A stretch of DNA of 64,000 nt from Candidatus Eiseniibacteriota bacterium (GTDB taxonomy: Bacteria > Eisenbacteria > RBG-16-71-46), in contig JBGAML010000013.1 in NCBI GenBank assembly GCA_044223005.1, positions 1 through 64,000 of the forward strand. The letters are read 5' to 3'. A model generated the notes under the pieces. That model worked only from the letters and a program-made list of their open reading frames with translations, was not told the DNA's origin and made no database searches. This document shows, piece after piece, positions 18,581-26,864 of the stretch (position 1 is its first letter; each line of letters begins with the position of its first letter). The position numbers and the translations under genes were made by a program.

Positions 18581-20306
18581 GCTGAGAGCCGCCGTCGAGG
18601 CCGCGCTCTCCGCCGCCGGCCTGGCCACGCCCGAACGGCTCGCGAAGCTCGACTTCGCGATCCCGCGCGAGCCGTCGCACGGCGACTGGACGACGAACTT
18701 CTGCATGCTGGTCGCGAAGGAGGCGGGAAAGCCGCCCCGGGCGATCGCGCAGGCGATCGTCGACCACTTCCCGGCGGACCACCCGATCGTCGCGGCCCCC
18801 GAGATCGCGGGGCCGGGGTTCCTCAACTTCCGCTATCGCGATGCGTTCGTGGCCGGCCTGGCGCCGCGCATCGTCGGGGACGCGGAGGGCTTCGGCCGCT
18901 CGGCGTTCGGCGGTGGCGAGAAGATCCTCGTCGAGTACGTGAGCGCCAATCCCACCGGACCGATGAACGTCGTGAGCGCGCGTGCGGCCGCGGTCGGCGC
19001 GACGCTCGTGAACCTCCTGCGCGCCGCCGGCTGGGACGTCGCGGGCGAGTTCTACGTCAACGACGCCGGCAACCAGGTCGACCTGCTCGGCGAGTCGGTC
19101 GCGGCGCGCTTCGCGCAGCGGATCGGCGTCGAACGGGCGCTGCCGCCCGAGGGCTACCAGGGCGAATACCTCGCGCACCTCGCCGCGGAGCTGCCGGAGG
19201 CGGAAGCCCGAGCGGCGCTCGCCGACCCGCAGGGCGCGCGCTGGTTCCGCGACCAGGCGCTGACCCGCATGCTCGCGTGGCAGCAGCGCGACCTCGCCGC
19301 CTACGGCGTCACCTTCGACCGCTGGTTCCGCGAATCCACGCTCCACGACTCGGGTGCGGTGGACACGACGCGGACCGAACTCGTCGCGCGCCAGATGGCG
19401 TACCGGGCCACCGGTCCCGAGGGCGTGAGCGAGGCGGCACAGGCGCGCGTGCAGAACGAGCAGGGCGCCGCGGCCGGCACCGCCGAGGCGACGTGGCTGC
19501 GCACGTTCCGCTTCGGCGACGACATGGACCGCGTCATCGTGCGTGCCGACGGCCGGCCCACGTACCTGCTGCCCGACATCGCCTACCACCGCGACAAGCG
19601 CGCGCGCGGCTTCCGGCGCGCGATCAACCTGTGGGGCCCCGACCACCACGCGTACGTGGCGACGCTCACGGCCGCGCTGAAGGCGCTGGGGCTCGAGGAC
19701 GACTTCCTGCAGGTCCTGATCGTCCAGCAGGTGAACCTGCTGCGCGACGGCGAGCCGGTGAAGATGAGCAAGCGCGCGGGCGAGTTCGTCACGCTCGCCG
19801 AACTGGTCGAGGAAGTGGGGCCGGACGCCGCCCGCTTCTCGTTCCTCATGCGCTCGACCAGCGCGCACCTCGACTTCGACCTCGCGCTGGCGGTCCGGCA
19901 GAGCGACGAGAATCCGGTCTTCTACGTGCAAATGGCGCACGCGCGCATCGCGTCGATCCTGCGGCTCGCAGCCGAGCGCGGCCTCGAGGCCGCGACCGGC
20001 GAGGCGTCGCCGCTCACCGCGCCGGAAGAGGTGGCGCTGGTGCGCAAGCTGGCCACGTTCCCCGAGGTGGTCCGCGGGGCGGCGGCGATGCGCGAGCCGC
20101 ACCGGATCCCGACGTACCTCATGGAGACGGCGGCGGAGTTCCACCGCTATTACCACGTCTGCCGCGTCGTCGGGGACGACGCGGCCCTGTCGCGCCACCG
20201 CCTGCGCGTCTGCGCCGCGGCCCGGCAGGTGCTGCGCAACGGCCTCGCGCTCCTGGGCGTCTCCGCGCCCGAACGGATGGAACGCGAGGCGGAGAGCCCG
20301 TCATGA
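18570..20306 (+). CDS. argS: arginine--tRNA ligase
   Basis: Motifs HGD, GPGFLNF, EYVSANPTGP, YVNDAGNQ, YLLPDIAYH, WGPDHH, KMSKRAG, YVQMAHARIASI; GTG start after GAGGAG. Confidence 0.96.
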   Translation: MWNELRAAVEAALSAAGLATPERLAKLDFAIPREPSHGDWTTNFCMLVAKEAGKPPRAIAQAIVDHFPADHPIVAAPEIAGPGFLNFRYRDAFVAGLAPRIVGDAEGFGRSAFGGGEKILVEYVSANPTGPMNVVSARAAAVGATLVNLLRAAGWDVAGEFYVNDAGNQVDLLGESVAARFAQRIGVERALPPEGYQGEYLAHLAAELPEAEARAALADPQGARWFRDQALTRMLAWQQRDLAAYGVTFDRWFRESTLHDSGAVDTTRTELVARQMAYRATGPEGVSEAAQARVQNEQGAAAGTAEATWLRTFRFGDDMDRVIVRADGRPTYLLPDIAYHRDKRARGFRRAINLWGPDHHAYVATLTAALKALGLEDDFLQVLIVQQVNLLRDGEPVKMSKRAGEFVTLAELVEEVGPDAARFSFLMRSTSAHLDFDLALAVRQSDENPVFYVQMAHARIASILRLAAERGLEAATGEASPLTAPEEVALVRKLATFPEVVRGAAAMREPHRIPTYLMETAAEFHRYYHVCRVVGDDAALSRHRLRVCAAARQVLRNGLALLGVSAPERMEREAESPS

Positions 20307-21238
20307 CGTCACCCCAGCGGATCCTCGTGGTCGGTTCGGTCGCGCTCGACTCCATCCGCACGCCCTACGGCGAAGCGACGGAGGCGCTGGGCGGCTCGGC
20401 GTCGTACTTCTCGTTCTCGGCCTCGCACTTCGCGCCCGTGTCCGTGGTCGCCGTGGTGGGCGAGGACTTCCCGCTCGAGCATCGCGACCTCTTCCTCGAG
20501 CGCGGTGTCGACCTGTCGGGTCTCGAGACCGCCGAGGGCCGCACGTTCCGCTGGCGCGGCGAGTACGCCGCCGAACTCGGGCACGCCCACACGCTCGAGA
20601 CGCAGCTCAACGTCTTCGCGCAGTTCCACCCGCGGCTCAACGACGACCACCGCCGGACGCCGTTCGTGTTCCTCGCGAACATCGATCCCGAGCTGCAGCT
20701 CGAGGTGCTCTCGCAGATCAAGCGCCCGGTGCTGACGCTGTCGGACACGATGAACTACTGGATCGCGCGCCAGCCGGACCGGGTGTTCGAAGTGCTCCGG
20801 CGCGTCGACATCGCGCTGCTGAACGAGGAAGAGGCGCGCGCCCTCGCGGGCGAGACGCACCTGGCACGGGCGGCCGACAAGCTGCTCGAGCAGGGCGCCA
20901 ACGCGGTGATCATCAAGAAGGGCGAGCACGGGGCGCTCTACCATTCCCGAGAAGAGCGTTTCATCACGCCGGCCTACCCGGTCAAGGCGCTGACCGACCC
21001 GACGGGCGCCGGGGACTCCTTCGCCGGCGGCTTCATCGGCATGCTGGCCCGGGTCGGGCGCACCGACGGCGAGGCCCTGCGGCAGGCGATGGCGTGCGGC
21101 ACGGCGATGGCGTCGCTGGCCATCGAGTCCTTCAGCCCGCAGCGGCTGGTCGGGACGACGCCGGGCGAGATCGAGGGCCGGGTGCGCGAGCTGCACGGCA
21201 TGGTTCACTACGACCTCATGCCGATGTTCCGGGGCTGA
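20303..21238 (+). CDS. PfkB family sugar/nucleoside kinase
   Basis: Motifs VGSVALD, GGSA, KKGEHG, DPTGAGDSFAGG. Confidence 0.93.
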   Translation: MTSPQRILVVGSVALDSIRTPYGEATEALGGSASYFSFSASHFAPVSVVAVVGEDFPLEHRDLFLERGVDLSGLETAEGRTFRWRGEYAAELGHAHTLETQLNVFAQFHPRLNDDHRRTPFVFLANIDPELQLEVLSQIKRPVLTLSDTMNYWIARQPDRVFEVLRRVDIALLNEEEARALAGETHLARAADKLLEQGANAVIIKKGEHGALYHSREERFITPAYPVKALTDPTGAGDSFAGGFIGMLARVGRTDGEALRQAMACGTAMASLAIESFSPQRLVGTTPGEIEGRVRELHGMVHYDLMPMFRG

Positions 21239-21268
21239 CGGACCAGTCACACTTCCCGCGGGTGCCTG

Positions 21269-21277
21269 TGGTAGACT
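21269..21277 (+). promoter_or_regulatory. extended -10 promoter element (TGGTAGACT)
   Basis: TGn-TAGACT in the pfkB-hypothetical intergenic region, about 40 nt before the ATG at 21319. Confidence 0.45.
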
Positions 21278-21318
21278 TCAAGCGCATCATTCCCGAGGGG
21301 GGAAGAGGAGACCGTTCC

Positions 21319-22047
21319 ATGATCGGGCCCGGCAGCACGCTGGCCGACAAGGCCGAAAACACGCTGCGCAGCCGACTGCCCGAGATCGAGGGGGTGCGGG
21401 TTCGCGCCGAAGGCGACGACATCCGCGAGATCCACGTCCTCACGAACTCGGAGCGCCCGCCGAAGAAGATCGTGCGCGACATCCAGACGGTGCTGAGCGC
21501 CGGCCTGGGGTTGCACATCGACCACCGCGTGGTCTCGATCGTCCGTTCGCCCGCCGTCGAGGGGGAGCCGGTGCACGCGCCGGCCCCGTTGCCGGCCGAA
21601 GAGCCCGAGCCCGCGCTGCGGGACGACCGGATCCGCTTCGAGAGCGTCAACCTGTTCGTCTCGGGTCCGCGGACCCAGGCGCAGGTCGAACTGCGCTGGC
21701 GCGGACTGCCGCGCATCGGCAGCGCCTCGGGGTGGAGCACGCGCGACGAATCGCACCGCCTGGTGGCCGAGGCCACCGCGGCGGCCGTCCAGGAGTTCCT
21801 CGACGATCCCGTGGCGCTCAGCGTCGCGAACGTCGAGCGGGTGATGATGGGCCGCGTCCGGGTCGTCGTCGTGACTCTGTCGCTGATCGCCCACCGCAAG
21901 GAGAAGGTGCTCACCGGCAGCTGTGCCGTGGAGCAGGACACGCCGCAGGCGGTCGTGCTCGCGACGCTGTCCGCGCTCAACCGCGTGGCCGGGGGCATGC
22001 GCGTCAAGGAGCCGACGGAGTACGTCCTGAGGCCCACGTCGGACTAG
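21319..22047 (+). CDS. uncharacterised two-domain cytoplasmic protein (C-terminus resembles the LeuA regulatory domain)
   Basis: GAGGAG SD. N-domain IREIHVL…PKKIVRDIQTVL…IDHRVVSIV, Pro-rich linker, C-domain ending LTGSC…DTPQAVVLATLSALNR. Confidence 0.85.
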   Translation: MIGPGSTLADKAENTLRSRLPEIEGVRVRAEGDDIREIHVLTNSERPPKKIVRDIQTVLSAGLGLHIDHRVVSIVRSPAVEGEPVHAPAPLPAEEPEPALRDDRIRFESVNLFVSGPRTQAQVELRWRGLPRIGSASGWSTRDESHRLVAEATAAAVQEFLDDPVALSVANVERVMMGRVRVVVVTLSLIAHRKEKVLTGSCAVEQDTPQAVVLATLSALNRVAGGMRVKEPTEYVLRPTSD

Positions 22048-22063
22048 CACGACGATTTGGTGT

Positions 22064-22086
22064 CCGTCCGGCATCGTGCCGGGCGG
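22064..22086 (+). other. 10-bp stem-loop after the hypothetical gene
   Basis: CCGTCCGGCA-tcg-TGCCGGGCGG with one G-U pair; no U-tract. Confidence 0.6.
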
Positions 22087-22212
22087 CTGGATTCGGAGAC
22101 CGGCAGGTCGGGGAGGTTCGAGCGAAGCGAGGCAGCCAAACAGCGAAGCGGACCCATCCTGTGATGGCAGAAGCCGTCCTCACAGAGTTCAACTCGGAGG
22201 AGGTGGGTCTGA

Positions 22213-22263
22213 ATGGAGCTGCTTCTCGATCTGATCGAGCTGCTCGGCAAGGCGGGCTGGTAA
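22213..22263 (+). CDS. 16-aa micro-ORF MELLLDLIELLGKAGW (not in the ORF track)
   Basis: GGAGGAGGT SD at 22196-22204, 8-nt spacer, ATG at 22213, GC3-rich codons, TAA at 22261-22263. Confidence 0.75.
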   Translation: MELLLDLIELLGKAGW

Positions 22264-22365
22264 TTCCAGCTCCCCGGCTGTAGAAGTGACTTCAACCGGT
22301 TTGTCGGTCTCCCGTATCACGTCACGCACAGGCAGGGCCCCTTCGGCCCACTCGCGACAGGGAAC

Positions 22366-23697
22366 GTGAGCGAAACGCCCGTCACTCGCCATCCGGCCCT
22401 CTTCCGGACCTACTACGCCGTGGTGGTCGTCGGTGCGATCGCGCTGATGGTCGCCGGCCGCGACGTCCCGGGGCTGAACATCCGCCCGGACGGTCCCATC
22501 GCCGCCGTGATGTTCGCGCTGATGCTCATGGGCGAGCTCGCTCCCGTGCCGCTTCCCGGCGGCGGCTACGTGACCGCCAGCACGATCTTCAACCTGCCGT
22601 GCCTGGTGATCTTCGGTCCGTTCTGGACGTCGCTGATCGACCTTGCCGCGAACGTCGTCGCGCACGGCATCGTGCGCCGCAAGCCGCTCGTCCGCGTCGT
22701 CCACAACCTCGCCATCTACACGCTCGGCTACTTCGCCACCGCCTGGGTCTTCGTGCTCGCCGGCGGGCGCATCGGCGCGCTGGACTTCCCGCAGGCCGGG
22801 CTGGCGCTGCTCGCGGCCGGCGCCGTCTACTTCGCCGTGAACTCGGCCTGCGTCTCCACCGTGATCGGGCTCACGACCGGCCCGAGCCCGTGGCGGATCT
22901 GGCAGCAGAACTTCCAGCAGGGACTCCTGCACCATCTTTCGTTCGTCGCGCTGGGCGCACTGGTCGCGGTGGTCTACCACGGCGCGGGCCCGTGGGGCCT
23001 GGTGCTCTTCGCGCTGCCGTTCCTCGTCTCGCGCTACTCGTTCCAGTCGCACCTCGAACTGCGCAGCGACATGAAGGACTTCGTGCGCGCGCTCACCGAG
23101 GTGCTGGAAGAGGTGGACCCGTACACGCGGCACCACTCGGTGCGCGTGGCGCAGTACGCCGTCCGGCTCGCGCGCGGCATGGGCCGCTCCGAGGTCGAGG
23201 TCGAGGAGATCGAGTACGCCGCACTCGTCCACGACATCGGGAAGATCGGACCGCAGCACCAGCACATCCTGCAGAAGCCCGGTTCGCTCTCGCACGAGGA
23301 GCAGCGCACGCTGCGCGCGCACCCGGCGGCGGGCGCCGAGATCGTCGCGCGCGTCCGGGCGCTGCGGCGCGCTTCCGAGATCGTGCGCGCCCACCACGAG
23401 CGCCCCGACGGCCAGGGCTATCCCTACGGCCTGCGTTCCGAGGACGTGCCGACCGGCGCGCGCATCCTCAACGTCGCCGACGCCTTCGATGCGATGACGT
23501 CCGATCGCCCGTACCGCCGCGCCCTGCCGCTCGAAGCGGCGTTGCGCGAACTCGAGCGCGGCGCCGGCACGCAGTTCGACCGCGAGGTGGTCGGCTGCCT
23601 GCTGCGCATGCACGCCGCCGGCGAGTTCCCGCTCGTGCCCAGCCCCAGCAGCGAGGACCTGCAGCTCCTTCGGCTCCGCACCCGGGTGGGGGGCTGA
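22366..23697 (+). CDS. membrane-anchored HD-GYP phosphodiesterase with a multi-TM N-terminal sensor region
   Basis: About 220-aa hydrophobic N-terminus; [56 protein letters not shown]. Confidence 0.95.
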   Translation: MSETPVTRHPALFRTYYAVVVVGAIALMVAGRDVPGLNIRPDGPIAAVMFALMLMGELAPVPLPGGGYVTASTIFNLPCLVIFGPFWTSLIDLAANVVAHGIVRRKPLVRVVHNLAIYTLGYFATAWVFVLAGGRIGALDFPQAGLALLAAGAVYFAVNSACVSTVIGLTTGPSPWRIWQQNFQQGLLHHLSFVALGALVAVVYHGAGPWGLVLFALPFLVSRYSFQSHLELRSDMKDFVRALTEVLEEVDPYTRHHSVRVAQYAVRLARGMGRSEVEVEEIEYAALVHDIGKIGPQHQHILQKPGSLSHEEQRTLRAHPAAGAEIVARVRALRRASEIVRAHHERPDGQGYPYGLRSEDVPTGARILNVADAFDAMTSDRPYRRALPLEAALRELERGAGTQFDREVVGCLLRMHAAGEFPLVPSPSSEDLQLLRLRTRVGG

Positions 23698-24716
23698 TGC
23701 GCTACCGCGACGCGGGCGTGGACATCGCGCGCTCCGACGCGATCAAGCACGAGATCCTCGAGACGATCCGCGCCACGTGGGGCCCGGGCGTCCGGCCGCT
23801 GGTCGGCGGGTTCGCCGGGGTGACGGCGTTCCCGGGCGGGCCGCTGCTGCTCGCCGCGACGATGGACGGCGTCGGCACCAAGCTGCACCTGGCCTGGCGC
23901 GCGGGCCGGCTCGAGGACGCGGCCGCGGACCTCGTGCGCCACGGCGCCAACGACCTGCTCGTGCACGGCGCGCGGCCGCTGGCGTTTCTCGACTACGTCG
24001 CGCAGGCGACGCTGGAGCCGGCCGTGGTGCGCGCCGTCGTGCGAGGGCTCGCCGCCGGCTGCACGGAGACCGGGGCGGCGCTGCTGGGCGGCGAGACGGC
24101 GGAGATGCCGGACACCTACCTGCCCGACGTGGTCGACGTGGCGGGCTGCATGCTGGGCGTCGTCGAGCCCGGCCGGCTGCGCGACGGTTCGCACGTGCGC
24201 GCCGGGGACCGGCTGCTCGGGCTCGCGGGCAGCGGGCTGCACACGAACGGCTACTCGCTCGCGCGCCGCGTGCTCGCGGCGAGCGGGCTCGCGGACGACG
24301 CGCCGCTTCCGGGCGGCGCGGGCGAGTCGGTGGTGGACGCGCTGCTGCAGCCGCACCGGGCGTACGGCCGGGCGGTACTGCCACTCCTGGACGAGCCCGG
24401 GCTGCACGCGATGGCGCACGTCACGGGCGGTGGCATCGCCGGCAACCTCGTGCGCGTGCTGCCCGAGGGCTGCCGCGCGCACGTGCGCGCCGACGCGTGG
24501 CCGCGGCCGGCGCTCTTCTGCTGGCTGCAGTCGGCCGGCGGCATCCCCGAGTCCGACGCGCGCGAGGCGCTGAACCTCGGCGTCGGCTTCGTGCTGGTGG
24601 TGGCACCCGCGGTGGCGGAGGCCGTGACCGCGAGGCTCGCCGCCGCCGGCGAGACGGTGTGGGCGCTGGGCGAGGTCCGCGAGGGCTCGCGCGGCGTGGA
24701 ATGGCAGGGCCCCTGA
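23697..24716 (+). CDS. purM: phosphoribosylformylglycinamidine cyclo-ligase (AIR synthetase)
   Basis: Motifs [46 protein letters not shown]. Confidence 0.96.
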   Translation: MRYRDAGVDIARSDAIKHEILETIRATWGPGVRPLVGGFAGVTAFPGGPLLLAATMDGVGTKLHLAWRAGRLEDAAADLVRHGANDLLVHGARPLAFLDYVAQATLEPAVVRAVVRGLAAGCTETGAALLGGETAEMPDTYLPDVVDVAGCMLGVVEPGRLRDGSHVRAGDRLLGLAGSGLHTNGYSLARRVLAASGLADDAPLPGGAGESVVDALLQPHRAYGRAVLPLLDEPGLHAMAHVTGGGIAGNLVRVLPEGCRAHVRADAWPRPALFCWLQSAGGIPESDAREALNLGVGFVLVVAPAVAEAVTARLAAAGETVWALGEVREGSRGVEWQGP

Positions 24717-24780
24717 CGCGACACGCCCCCGGTTTCGGACGATCGCTCCCGTGGCGCAGCAGGACGGGTGGAGGTGGTGG

Positions 24781-25785
24781 ATGGAGCGAGAGCGGAATCG
24801 AGAGACCCCCGAACACGTGGTTCCGGAGCTGGTCGGCGAGTCGCCGGCGTGGTTGGAGCTGGTCGCCCAGCTGCCCGCGGTCGCGGCGAGCGGGCTGCCG
24901 GTGCTGCTGCTCGGGGAGACGGGCACCGGCAAGGAGCTGGTCGCGCGGGCGCTGCACGCGCTGAGCCCGCGGCGGCAACGCGGGTTCGTGGCGCACAACT
25001 GTGGCGCGACGCCGGACTCGCTGATCGAGAGCGAACTGTTCGGGCACGCGCGCGGGGCGTTCACGGGCGCGGTGAGCGAACGGGCCGGGCTGTTCGAGGC
25101 GGCCGAGCGCGGCACGCTGTTCCTCGACGAGATCGGGGACGCGAGCCCGCTGCTGCAGATGAAGCTGCTGCGCGTGCTGCAGGAAGGCGAGGCCCGGCGC
25201 GTCGGCGACACGCGCGTGCGGCGCGTGGACGTGCGGATCGTCTCGGCCACGCACCGGGCGCTCGACCGCGCCGTGGGCACGGCGACGTTTCGCGCCGACC
25301 TCTATTTCCGGCTGAACGCGGTGCGGCTGCGGCTGCCGACGCTGCGCGAGCGCGGCCGTGACGTGCTGGTGCTCGCGCGCCACTTCCTCGCGCAGGCCGC
25401 GGGGCGCGCGGGCACGGCGCCCGTCCCGACGCCGGCGCTGGCGGAGATGCTCCTGCGCTACGCGTGGCCGGGGAACGTGCGCGAGCTGGCGAACGCCTGT
25501 CATTTCGCCGTCCGGGTCGCCGGCGCCCGGGGCAGCGTGGGTCCGGAGCACTGGCCGGAGGCGCCGTTCGCGACCGCGGTCGCCGAGGGCGCGGGGCTGC
25601 ACGCCGAGACGCGGGCGCTCGAGGAGCGGCGCCTGCGCGAGGCGCTGCGGCGCACGCACGGCAACAAGACGCAGGCGGCGCGCGCGCTCGGGCTCTCGCG
25701 GCAGGGGCTGCTCAAGAAGCTCCGGCGCTTCGGCGCGCTGCTCCCGAGTCCCGGCGCGCTTGACGATGGCGGGGACGCTGACTAG
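24781..25785 (+). CDS. sigma54-dependent activator (bEBP) without an N-terminal regulatory domain
   Basis: Motifs [47 protein letters not shown], and a Fis-type HTH. Confidence 0.93.
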   Translation: MERERNRETPEHVVPELVGESPAWLELVAQLPAVAASGLPVLLLGETGTGKELVARALHALSPRRQRGFVAHNCGATPDSLIESELFGHARGAFTGAVSERAGLFEAAERGTLFLDEIGDASPLLQMKLLRVLQEGEARRVGDTRVRRVDVRIVSATHRALDRAVGTATFRADLYFRLNAVRLRLPTLRERGRDVLVLARHFLAQAAGRAGTAPVPTPALAEMLLRYAWPGNVRELANACHFAVRVAGARGSVGPEHWPEAPFATAVAEGAGLHAETRALEERRLREALRRTHGNKTQAARALGLSRQGLLKKLRRFGALLPSPGALDDGGDAD

Positions 25786-25848
25786 CGTCCCCGTCCGATG
25801 CGTGGAGGCGGCGGTGGACGCCGCGAGCGGGAATCCCGAGGAGGTCGC

Positions 25849-26862
25849 GTGGCGAAGAAGACGCTCAGGATCGGACTGGTCGGCGTGGGCGCCGCGGCGC
25901 AGGTCAACCACATTCCGGCGCTGAAGAAGGTCGAGGGGCTCGAACTCGTCGCGCTGTGCGACCGCGACCCCGAGAAGGCGCAGCGCGTGGCGCAGAAGTT
26001 CGGCATCCCGCACGCCGTCGGCCGGATCGAGGAACTGCTGGACCTCGAGGATCTCGACGCGGTCGACATCTGCACGCCCAACTACCTGCACGCGCCCATG
26101 GCCGTCGCTGCGCTCGAGGCCGGCAAGCACGTGTTCTGCGAGCGGCCGCTCGCGCGCAGCCGCGAGGAAGCCGCCGCGATGGCGAAGGCCGCGAAGAAGG
26201 CCGACCGCGTCCTCGCGTGCGCGGTCCAGCACCGCTTTCGGTCCGACGCGCAGCTGCTGCGGCGCTTCGTCGAGAAGGGCGACCTCGGCGAGGTCTACAT
26301 GTCCAAGGCCGGCTGGCTGCGGCTCAAGACGCAGTGGGACTCCGACGAGTGGCGCCGCACCAAGCGCGAGTCGGGCGGTGGCGTCGTGCTCGACCTCGGC
26401 TTCCAGATGCTCGACCTCTCGCTGTGGGTCCTCGGCCAGCCGAAAGTCTCGTCGGTGACGGCGAGCGTGCACCGCACCAAGAAGGGCGAGGTCGAGGACA
26501 GCGCGACGGCGTTCTTCCGCCTCGAGTCGGGCGCCACGCTCACGCTCGAACTGACGTGGGGCCTGCTCATGGAGAAGGACTTCGCCTACCTGAACCTGTT
26601 CGGTTCGGGCGGCGCGGCGCTCCTGAACCCGTTCCGCGTGCACAAGGGCATGCACGGCACGCTGGTCAACGTGACGCCGACGCTCGACACGTCGCGCAAC
26701 CAGTACCGGCTCGCGATGGAGGCGCAGGTTCAGCACTTCGCCGACACGCTGCGTTCGGGCAAGACGCCCATGGGCTCGGTCGACGAGGTGCAGGGCGTGA
26801 TGGAGCTGATGGACGCCGTGTACAAGAGCGCGGAGTTGGGCAAGGAAGTGAAGGTCGGCTGA
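25849..26862 (+). CDS. Gfo/Idh/MocA family oxidoreductase
   Basis: Motifs IGLVGVG, ICTPNYLH, GKHVFCERP, GGGVVLDLG. Confidence 0.92.
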   Translation: MAKKTLRIGLVGVGAAAQVNHIPALKKVEGLELVALCDRDPEKAQRVAQKFGIPHAVGRIEELLDLEDLDAVDICTPNYLHAPMAVAALEAGKHVFCERPLARSREEAAAMAKAAKKADRVLACAVQHRFRSDAQLLRRFVEKGDLGEVYMSKAGWLRLKTQWDSDEWRRTKRESGGGVVLDLGFQMLDLSLWVLGQPKVSSVTASVHRTKKGEVEDSATAFFRLESGATLTLELTWGLLMEKDFAYLNLFGSGGAALLNPFRVHKGMHGTLVNVTPTLDTSRNQYRLAMEAQVQHFADTLRSGKTPMGSVDEVQGVMELMDAVYKSAELGKEVKVG

Positions 26863-26864
26863 GG

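Noticed and set aside
22048..22365. Known c-di-GMP-I/II riboswitch upstream of the HD-GYP gene
   Set aside because: The expected consensus elements (GGCAAA…GAAA tetraloop/receptor, or kink-turn pseudoknot) are not recognisable. Kept only as an unknown structured element.
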